This document shows positions 1 through 7,315 of a stretch of 59,526 nt of DNA, piece by piece; positions within the stretch are counted from its first letter, which is position 1; each line of letters opens with the position of its first letter. The DNA comes from a virus (lineage: Duplodnaviria > Caudoviricetes): the IMG/VR virus record IMGVR_UViG_3300025168_000093, positions 1 to 59,526 of that record; one strand, written 5' to 3'. The notes below the pieces were generated by a model, which saw only the letters and a list, made by a program, of their open reading frames with translations, did not search any database and was not told the origin of the DNA. The translations under genes and the position numbers were made by a program.

Positions 1-1
1 G

Positions 2-265
2 TATTATCACTCGCAACAAGACAGGGAGAGGCACATAGAGGGCGCTTTGCAGAGATTGAGGGACAAGAAGGGAGACAGGTTGGACCTCACTGACTCGGAG
101 AAGAGGATTGGAAGTATCTCCACAGGTAGGCATGACGAGTTGGATGCGATGGATTTCGATGACATAACCAGCGGTTGGGACTTCTTGGAGGATTGGGAGC
201 AAGATTGGTTGTTGGATAATCGTTTTGACGAACTACCTATGTGGGTACAGGAGAATTACTCATGA
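2..265 (+). CDS. 5'-truncated acidic hypothetical protein (C-terminal part)
   Basis: The frame of ORF 47..265 is open back to position 2 (YYHSQQDRERHIEGALQRLRD...). Acidic, Trp-rich C-terminus; no recognisable motif. Confidence 0.6.
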   Translation, partial: YYHSQQDRERHIEGALQRLRDKKGDRLDLTDSEKRIGSISTGRHDELDAMDFDDITSGWDFLEDWEQDWLLDNRFDELPMWVQENYS

Positions 266-289
266 ACTCCTTCAACCAAGCGATGTTTC

Positions 290-420
290 TAATGAATCAT
301 TATTCTTTCTATACAATATATTAATAATAATATAATAATATAATATCTATATGAATAATAGAATAATTGTAATAATAGGTTATTTTTACCTAGAGCCGCT
401 AGGGTAAGGTTTAATGTGAC
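290..420. promoter_or_regulatory. Very AT-rich intergenic region with TATA-like box (TTTAATG at 410-416) ahead of the membrane/GTPase operon
   Basis: Longest non-coding gap in the window, with (A/T)AATA-rich runs and a TATA-like element about 20-40 nt upstream of the GTG436/ATG454 starts. Confidence 0.4.
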
Positions 421-453
421 CTCTATAGTGGCGTAGTGTGGGGAGACAGTAAG

Positions 454-1107
454 ATGGATTACAATAGAGACGGACAAATTGACTCATCAGAATTGAGATT
501 GACAGGATTGATTTTAGCGCAATCAGCGTTAATAGGAACAGCAGTAGGAGTATTTGACTCAGGAATTTGGCTACCAGCAGGTAGTGGTAGTCATACAGTA
601 AACGGTATGACATATGCTATGGGTGCCTTGGCGGTACAAATCTTGGCTTATTATCTATTTAAGATGTTCTTTGAAAGAAGCATGAAAGATAGAGTAAGTA
701 CACAAAACCTTCAGAGAGATAAAGAAATAAGAATGAGAGATATTCAAAATTCTCACGAACAAAGAAGAATAGATATGGAACTTAGAGTACAAGAAATGCA
801 GTTAGAGCGCGAAATGATGATGTTTAGACAAAATCCTGAACTTTTTATGCATTCTGCTGAAACTATTACAGTGCCGGTGCCACCTAGACCAACAAATACC
901 CCGCCTAATAACGGGACTATGAGTTTAGGTTTAGACCAACTACATCAAAGTTCTATCCCTTATGTGGCACCTAGAGTAACTAATAACATAAATCACGTAC
1001 AGGCACAAGTAGATGCTATGGCGGATGATTTGGTACTTCAACAACAGAATGTTCGTCTTAAAAAAGACGGAACACCTGACATGCGATATTATAATGGAAA
1101 GAATTAA
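454..1107 (+). CDS. Membrane protein: N-terminal EF-hand-type loop, 2 TM helices, coiled coil, C-terminal KKDGTPDMRY motif
   Basis: ATG454 follows GGGGAG (track start GTG436). DYNRDGQIDSSE matches the DxNxDGxIDxxE loop. Hydrophobic segments LTGLILAQSALIGTAVGVF and YAMGALAVQILAYYLFKMFF; charged helical stretch after them. Confidence 0.75.
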   Translation: MDYNRDGQIDSSELRLTGLILAQSALIGTAVGVFDSGIWLPAGSGSHTVNGMTYAMGALAVQILAYYLFKMFFERSMKDRVSTQNLQRDKEIRMRDIQNSHEQRRIDMELRVQEMQLEREMMMFRQNPELFMHSAETITVPVPPRPTNTPPNNGTMSLGLDQLHQSSIPYVAPRVTNNINHVQAQVDAMADDLVLQQQNVRLKKDGTPDMRYYNGKN

Positions 1108-1134
1108 TACAACTATGATATCAGAGGGTAATTA

Positions 1135-1392
1135 ATGGGCCGTATATTCAAGACCCCAAAAGATGACTCGGTTGAAGAAACTTTGAGGGCTATGCATCTC
1201 GCTAATACATTTGATAATCATTACGAATGGGGTATCGGTTGGATAAGAACCCTAATTGTGGGCGCTCTTATGGCTTTTTCAGTGAGTGCTATAGAAGCAA
1301 ACAGTACGTTGAGTCTTTGGGAACTGACGGTAGAATGGTTTTATGCAAAGGTAGAAAATTTTGCAAATTGGTTAATTAATTTAGTAAGTTGA
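1135..1392 (+). CDS. Small membrane protein
   Basis: 85 aa; hydrophobic segment WIRTLIVGALMAFSVSAI and an amphipathic Trp-rich C-terminus; GAGGG RBS. Confidence 0.7.
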   Translation: MGRIFKTPKDDSVEETLRAMHLANTFDNHYEWGIGWIRTLIVGALMAFSVSAIEANSTLSLWELTVEWFYAKVENFANWLINLVS

Positions 1393-1402
1393 GGGATTTC
1401 TC

Positions 1403-2116
1403 ATGAGTATGACTGGTAGCGTATTAGTAGGTGCTGCCATTTGGGGACAAAATATATACAATTCTTGGAGACCTAGGAAAATTGGCATCTATGGTTCAAC
1501 CATGGTAGGTAAGACTACTCTTGATAGGTACATGACAACACCGGGAGAAATGGAAGATATACCTGATGAAGAGAGAACTCAACATTTCAAGTTATTAACT
1601 AAATATCTTTTACCAAAACCCACACGTAAAAGAATCACTTGGGAGGGTCAGAAGAGATTAGTCCATTCAGCAGATATAGGCGGTGAGCAAAAATATTGGA
1701 ATCTATGGGTCGAAGACATGGTGACAAGACAATGTGAAGCAGTTGTCTATATGTTTGATGACCGAGCCTTTAAAGGTGGAAAAGAAAGTTTAGACCAAAT
1801 AGCAGGTTTTACTTATCTAGTGGATGTTTTAACTACAAAAAATTGGAGATACCGTAATTTAAGGTCTAGGTGGAGAGGAAGAAAATATTCCCCTAAAATC
1901 ATTATGCTTGTGGCTAATAAGGCAGATAGGTACTTCGATAATGATGCAGCATTACTATGGCCGCAGGGTAGAATAGGCGAACATAAAATTTTCGACCCTT
2001 TCAGAGATGACCTAATAAGACTACAAAAAGCAGGGCTTAGAAGTAAGCGTTCTTTCATGGCTACAAGGATAGGTTGGAACGTAGAACCCACCTTCATAGA
2101 ACTATTGACCTCTTGA
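1403..2116 (+). CDS. Arf/Sar1-like (Ras superfamily) small GTPase
   Basis: G1 GSTMVGKTT, G3 DIGGE followed by QKYWNLW (cf. Arf DVGGQxxxRxLW), strand AVVYMFD, G4 LVANKAD, G5-like FMAT; hydrophobic/amphipathic N-terminal extension. Confidence 0.85.
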   Translation: MSMTGSVLVGAAIWGQNIYNSWRPRKIGIYGSTMVGKTTLDRYMTTPGEMEDIPDEERTQHFKLLTKYLLPKPTRKRITWEGQKRLVHSADIGGEQKYWNLWVEDMVTRQCEAVVYMFDDRAFKGGKESLDQIAGFTYLVDVLTTKNWRYRNLRSRWRGRKYSPKIIMLVANKADRYFDNDAALLWPQGRIGEHKIFDPFRDDLIRLQKAGLRSKRSFMATRIGWNVEPTFIELLTS

Positions 2117-2151
2117 GTGACCTTTTTTAATAAGCACCCATTGGGATAGAC

Positions 2152-2349
2152 ATGGCTAAGACAATAATGACAACCGCTTTGGTACACACAGGCGGAGGTT
2201 CTAGTAGTCTTAGAACGACTGTGCCGATGTGGATTGTAGAGCAATTTAATCTAAAATCAGGAGAAAAACTAGTATGGAAGGTCGCATCGGATGATTCTGG
2301 GGAGTTATTCATTAAGGTAAAGCCACGAGGTGTCTCCAATGGTACTTGA
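2152..2349 (+). CDS. AbrB/MazE/SpoVT-family DNA-binding protein
   Basis: SSSLRTTVPMWIVEQFNLKSGEKLVW matches the swapped-hairpin AbrB pattern; 65 aa; TATA-like TTTAATAA about 25 nt upstream. Confidence 0.8.
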   Translation: MAKTIMTTALVHTGGGSSSLRTTVPMWIVEQFNLKSGEKLVWKVASDDSGELFIKVKPRGVSNGT

Positions 2350-3325
2350 TATACCTGATAATATGTATCGGACTATGACCGGTCAACCTATACAACCAAC
2401 ACAATCATTAGGTCAATTAAGTGAATCAGCAATGGTTGCTTTATCCCATCAAGGTAATCCGCAATTCAATCAAGCGGCAATAATGGAACAAGCAATGGCT
2501 CAACAACAGATGATGATGATGGCTCAACAAAAAAATCTAGAAGTACCAAAAGTTAATTTTTATCCTTCAACTCATATAGACCCGCGTAAAGCCCGAAGAC
2601 AAGATATTAAGCAAGCATATAGATTATTGTCACCAGCGAAGAGATTTTGGTTAAGCCCTGCTAGATTATTTGGGCGCAAATATCGTTATAATAAAGAATC
2701 TTCACATTGTGTGATTGATGGTTGCGATTGTGCTGAATTGATTAAACATGATAATTTATATTCTAGAATAACTGATGATGAGTCAGGTAGAAGTCTTTGG
2801 GAAATGTATTGGAATAATCCTATCACTGGGCAAACCGAAGCATTCTTGGCACAAGACAAAGTTACATCCGGTCGAAGAATGAAAGGGACTTATTGCCCTG
2901 AACATCTTCATCTTTATCATCTCTTATGTAAATGGGAAGATGAACAAGAAAGAGAAGATGAATTGAGTCCTTCAAGGTTCAGAGATAAAATGAGAAAAGG
3001 CGTTAGTTTAGTTACCGTACCTGTTGCAGCCATAACTGGTAAACAAGAACCTTTACACCCTATGGTGACTAAATATGAACATTTTTTCACTGAAATAGAA
3101 AAAGATGCAATACAAAGTAAAGGCATTAATGTATGGCACATACCGAACCCTGACTCAGGAAATAATGATATCACTATGATTCAATTCGATATGAGAATGT
3201 TCCAAAAAGAAATTTTAGAAGCATCAATGCCAACACCAGCATTTCAGAGTTTCTTGAACCAACAACCGCCCCAACAAGTTCAAACTAATATACCCCCTCC
3301 GCTACAACAGGAGATTATACAATGA
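2339..3325 (+). CDS. Hypothetical protein with Gln/Met-rich N-terminus and Cys/His (putative Zn-binding) core
   Basis: ATG2339 follows GAGGTG (track start 2330). Motifs HCVIDGCDC and YCPEHLH; Q/P-rich termini. Confidence 0.7.
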   Translation: MVLDIPDNMYRTMTGQPIQPTQSLGQLSESAMVALSHQGNPQFNQAAIMEQAMAQQQMMMMAQQKNLEVPKVNFYPSTHIDPRKARRQDIKQAYRLLSPAKRFWLSPARLFGRKYRYNKESSHCVIDGCDCAELIKHDNLYSRITDDESGRSLWEMYWNNPITGQTEAFLAQDKVTSGRRMKGTYCPEHLHLYHLLCKWEDEQEREDELSPSRFRDKMRKGVSLVTVPVAAITGKQEPLHPMVTKYEHFFTEIEKDAIQSKGINVWHIPNPDSGNNDITMIQFDMRMFQKEILEASMPTPAFQSFLNQQPPQQVQTNIPPPLQQEIIQ

Positions 3326-3933
3326 CTCTAGGATTAAGTAACACAAATACAAATACATCAGGATTAAGTTTAGGTGCACAACAAGGATATGGTGCACAAC
3401 AAGGATATGGTGCACAACAAACACCTAACACATTTATGAATAATATGATGGGCAGCGCTGGTGCTAACCAATATTATCAACAACCTGTAGCACCACCTTC
3501 AGAAACTGAAATTTTATCTGCTATGTTAGGTACAATAAAACCTATAGAAAAATTTATGATATCACAAAATATGCCTGTATTCATAGAAATGATGTCTAAT
3601 ATATCTGCATTCTCTTTACTCAATGTGTTAAAAAACTGTAGTTTTAAAATAGATGACGAAGGAGTTATGAAATTAGATGTAATGTCGCTACCTTCAGACT
3701 TACAAACTCTAAGTGCTGAAAATATTATAGCACAATTGAACACATTACAAAACGTATCACAACAAGCAGTAACAAATGCCATGCAAGAACGAGACAGAAT
3801 TATCGGACTTTCACAACAATCTCTTCTACAAGGAGCACTAGGTGCAGCATTACAAGACCAAACTTTCTTAGAAAACGCTGGTAATGCCACCGGAGGATTT
3901 TTGAGAAGTGCATTCGGGCTACGCCCGCAATAA
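3322..3933 (+). CDS. Gln/Gly-rich hypothetical protein
   Basis: 203 aa, ATGA overlap with the upstream gene; GAQQGY repeats; helical C-terminus ending GGFLRSAFGL. Confidence 0.7.
   Translation: MTLGLSNTNTNTSGLSLGAQQGYGAQQGYGAQQTPNTFMNNMMGSAGANQYYQQPVAPPSETEILSAMLGTIKPIEKFMISQNMPVFIEMMSNISAFSLLNVLKNCSFKIDDEGVMKLDVMSLPSDLQTLSAENIIAQLNTLQNVSQQAVTNAMQERDRIIGLSQQSLLQGALGAALQDQTFLENAGNATGGFLRSAFGLRPQ
3373..3420 (+). repeat. 18-bp coding tandem repeat (GGTGCACAACAAGGATAT x2.7; GAQQGY)
   Basis: Read directly from the sequence. Confidence 0.9.
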
Positions 3934-3949
3934 ATAGCGAGATGATATA

Positions 3950-4207
3950 ATGAATAATAGACCAAATACACCAATGGGTTTTGTCCCTAGACCAGTAGCC
4001 GAAATGACTATGCAAATGATGTCTCCAAAAAGAAGCGTTATTATTGATATGGTGATGATACAATTCATCAGTGCTATAATATTAGGATTAGGCGTTCTTA
4101 TGTTTAAAGGTGGAGATTTAACAGCCTCTGAAACTTCCACATATATGATTGGTGTCTTTGTTGCTTTTCTTTTATTAACTAGCATATATGCAAGAATTAC
4201 CCAATAG
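3950..4207 (+). CDS. Small two-TM membrane protein (holin-like size and topology)
   Basis: 85 aa; two hydrophobic helices MVMIQFISAIILGLGVLMF and YMIGVFVAFLLLTSIYA. Confidence 0.7.
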   Translation: MNNRPNTPMGFVPRPVAEMTMQMMSPKRSVIIDMVMIQFISAIILGLGVLMFKGGDLTASETSTYMIGVFVAFLLLTSIYARITQ

Positions 4208-4239
4208 CATTATGAAACGCACACCATATCGTTACTCGC

Positions 4240-4917
4240 GTGGGTGAGCAAGTTAGCAAACGTTCTTGCGCTTTTTGTCAGCACGAAGAGAGAGCAATTT
4301 ACGAAGAAGTAATGCTTTCCGGTGATATGACAGCAAAGCAATTGGATAAAGAAATGGGTTGGAGAACCAACACTTCTGATAGACACTTTAGGAATCATAT
4401 GGGAGACTATCATATGGCTGCTAATCCTAGTTGTATAATATGCTCTCATGTAGAGAGAAGTAATTTTGAAAATCGTTATTTTACTGATGGTAGCGAATCG
4501 GAAAAAATAGCAGAAGAATTAGAGATAGGAGAAAATACTGTCTTTCATCATATGAAATTTCATTTTCAACCTTTGGTTCAACGCTCGGCAGCAACTGAAG
4601 TAGCGATACAAGTCGGTGCTGAGATGAATGTTTTGCGTAGCAATGTGGAAAAACTAAACAATAGATTAAATGAGTTTTTAGATGAAACGACAATACACGA
4701 AGATGGATTTGTTAGAGATGCTGTTGGGCTACATAAAGAAGTCAGAGAATCAATCAAGGATTTAATGAAAATGGATGACCAATGGGGCACTAAGAATGAA
4801 ACACCTCATATTAATCAAACTATAAACGTCTTAAAGGTAGAACTTTCAAAAGAAAGTCCTGAAACTTGGAGAAGGATTCGTGAAACTTTATTGGCTCAGG
4901 AGGTTGAAGAATTATGA
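4240..4917 (+). CDS. Putative terminase small subunit / DNA-binding protein with two tandem CxxCxH...HxxxH HTH-like units
   Basis: CAFCQH...RHFRNH and CIICSH...HHMKFH repeats, then a coiled coil; lies upstream of the packaging genes. Function is inferred. Confidence 0.5.
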   Translation: MGEQVSKRSCAFCQHEERAIYEEVMLSGDMTAKQLDKEMGWRTNTSDRHFRNHMGDYHMAANPSCIICSHVERSNFENRYFTDGSESEKIAEELEIGENTVFHHMKFHFQPLVQRSAATEVAIQVGAEMNVLRSNVEKLNNRLNEFLDETTIHEDGFVRDAVGLHKEVRESIKDLMKMDDQWGTKNETPHINQTINVLKVELSKESPETWRRIRETLLAQEVEEL

Positions 4918-5318
4918 TTAATATAAGTGATTTAATGCAAATATCACATCCGGGCCATAGGCATTATTTTTCTAATAAAAATGTGCATGATAGCGACTTA
5001 CCTTTATTTTTGGACTATTGTGTGAACGTAGTCGAAAGATTCGACCATCATTCAGAAAAAAATTTTCAAATTGGTTTAGAAAACAAAGAATGTATAAACA
5101 ATATAGTCGTTTTGATGAAAAAATTAGATGAGACAGATGACTATGAAATAGTTCATGAATTAAGAAGAAATCTACATAAAGAGTTATCTAATTTTGATTA
5201 TTTATGTGAAGTTATGTCCAAGTGTTTTGTCTCTCCTAGTTTTGTAAAGGATTTCTACGAAAATCTTTCTGATAAACTAAATGATGAAATAACATCATAT
5301 GCGGGGATAGAGACATGA
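4914..5318 (+). CDS. Hypothetical protein
   Basis: 134 aa with ATGA overlaps at both ends and a GGAGG RBS. Confidence 0.65.
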   Translation: MINISDLMQISHPGHRHYFSNKNVHDSDLPLFLDYCVNVVERFDHHSEKNFQIGLENKECINNIVVLMKKLDETDDYEIVHELRRNLHKELSNFDYLCEVMSKCFVSPSFVKDFYENLSDKLNDEITSYAGIET

Positions 5319-7315
5319 CTGACCGAGCGGTAGACATTTCCAAATCGGGAATGACCGGTACAGGGTCAGACACGAGGATGTATGCTCCTCGTTCAGAATC
5401 TTCTCATATGTACCGTAATAATCATGAAGAAGACGATTATGGTACTGAAGACGGTGTTGCTCGTGATGAAAGATATCAAAAGAAGCAAAAAAAGAAAGAA
5501 GAAGAAAAAAGAAAACTTTCTCATATAAAACACATTAAAATAAAACCTAGAGATTTAGAAGGTTTAGAAGATGAAGTTGAAGATGAAAGAGAAGATGATA
5601 CCGAAAAAATAGATAATGATAGAGAATTATCTGCACTCACGGGTCCACCCGGTAATGGTGGTTTTGAAACAAGTATGGCCCAAGGAGCAAAAGGGCCGGG
5701 TGCAGCAGCAGGTGAATTATTTGCTATGAGCGAACCAATGCTAGATGCATGGTCAGAACTGATGAAAGCAAAAGCATACAAAGGTGTAGGTCGTAACAGA
5801 AATTTTTCCCCGATAACACGTGACTTAGAGCAAAATATTCAAAATTCAGTGAAAGATAAAGAAGCAAAAATAAGAGGTACTAGAAGTCACGCAATAAGAG
5901 GTACCGTGGGTGTACGAGACTCATTAACTTCTAATCAAAGAAGAGAAATGGATGGCATAAAAAGTCTACTTCAGAGGCATGGTAGTTTCAAAAACATGCC
6001 TGAACAATTAAGAAGAAAAGTTCTTCCAAACTTTCTTCGTTTAAACCAAACTAGAAGAATGAAAAGAAATGACGCAAAATATGACAAAGAATCACCCACG
6101 GATAGAAAATTTGTAAATAGTGTAGGAGTTAAAGGTGTAAATTTTTCTACAGGAGATTCTGAGTTTAGACCTCTAACCCCAAAGCAAAAACAAAGAACGG
6201 GTAGACTATCTGATTATACAAGAGATTTAGGTGAAGCGATAGAAGTAGAAAATTTCATGGATGATACAGCAAGTTATGCTCGATACAATAACGCTACAAC
6301 ACTACCACCTGTAGCAGTAACACCACCAACGCCAACGGAACGTGTAGCAGTGAAACCTGCTGTGGATGATAAAAAACTTTTTTCACAAGCGAAGCAACAA
6401 GGCATCGAGTTTGATGAAGATGGTAATATTATCAAAATGGTATTAGTGAAAAACGAATCAAGTAAAAAGAGGGCTAAAAGAAGAGATAAAGAAGCGAGAG
6501 CACATTGGCGACCTTCAACAGGACAATTCAAAACACCTCCCGGTGGTACTCTTGGTCCTAAAGGAGCAACTGGTAGAAGAGCCAAAGCACAAAGAAGAGC
6601 AGTTTCTAGAGGAAAATTAACCGGTATGATGGATGCTCCAAAAGCAGTAGAGATGGAACATAGAGGTGTTTCAGTAAAACAACCAATGTCTAAGTTCCCC
6701 GGTAAGTACAAGGAATACATGGGACAACAAGAAGCAAGGAATAGATTGGGTAATGTTAGAGTGCCGCATTCTTCACAAAGAAGATACGGACAGCGTAGTT
6801 ATTTTGCAGGAAAAACGGGCGGAGGTAGACTACCCGGAGTAAAAATACAAAAACCGAAAATACACTCTCCAAGAATGTCAGGTAAACCTGCACCTATGCG
6901 TCTCTCAAAACCAAAAATGCCTAGCGGCGGATTATCAGTAGGGAGAATGGGATTAACGGGAATGGGTCAACCACCGGTTGCAGTAGCACCTGCTGCGTTA
7001 CCACCGCCGCCACCAATGCCACCAATTGACCCAAATCAAATTCAAGCCAGTTCTGATAAAATAATTAACAGTGATTTGGTAAAGAGTAGCATATTAGGTG
7101 ATTTAGCAGAAATGAGAAGAATGTTATTCCAAATCAGAAGGGAAATCAAAGACAAAGATAAGAAAAGTAAAGGCGATGCTGGTGAAGATAAACCAAAAAC
7201 CAAAAACACTCCAATGAACCAAACATCTAGACCTGAAGGAGCGACTGAAGACGCTACCAATGATTCTCGCGCTTTTGGTATAGTTGCTGAAAATCGCGCG
7301 GGTGTAACACCATGA
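5315..7315 (+). CDS. Low-complexity basic/Pro-rich protein, putative internal head protein
   Basis: 666 aa; Arg/Lys-rich and disordered; several hydrophobic-x-K-[S/A] sites (DISKS, ELMKA, DLVKS). Confidence 0.65.
   Translation: MTDRAVDISKSGMTGTGSDTRMYAPRSESSHMYRNNHEEDDYGTEDGVARDERYQKKQKKKEEEKRKLSHIKHIKIKPRDLEGLEDEVEDEREDDTEKIDNDRELSALTGPPGNGGFETSMAQGAKGPGAAAGELFAMSEPMLDAWSELMKAKAYKGVGRNRNFSPITRDLEQNIQNSVKDKEAKIRGTRSHAIRGTVGVRDSLTSNQRREMDGIKSLLQRHGSFKNMPEQLRRKVLPNFLRLNQTRRMKRNDAKYDKESPTDRKFVNSVGVKGVNFSTGDSEFRPLTPKQKQRTGRLSDYTRDLGEAIEVENFMDDTASYARYNNATTLPPVAVTPPTPTERVAVKPAVDDKKLFSQAKQQGIEFDEDGNIIKMVLVKNESSKKRAKRRDKEARAHWRPSTGQFKTPPGGTLGPKGATGRRAKAQRRAVSRGKLTGMMDAPKAVEMEHRGVSVKQPMSKFPGKYKEYMGQQEARNRLGNVRVPHSSQRRYGQRSYFAGKTGGGRLPGVKIQKPKIHSPRMSGKPAPMRLSKPKMPSGGLSVGRMGLTGMGQPPVAVAPAALPPPPPMPPIDPNQIQASSDKIINSDLVKSSILGDLAEMRRMLFQIRREIKDKDKKSKGDAGEDKPKTKNTPMNQTSRPEGATEDATNDSRAFGIVAENRAGVTP

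Noticed and set aside
386-407. Hairpin as an intrinsic terminator
   Set aside because: There is no downstream U-tract on either strand, and the stem is bulged; it is kept only as a possible operator.
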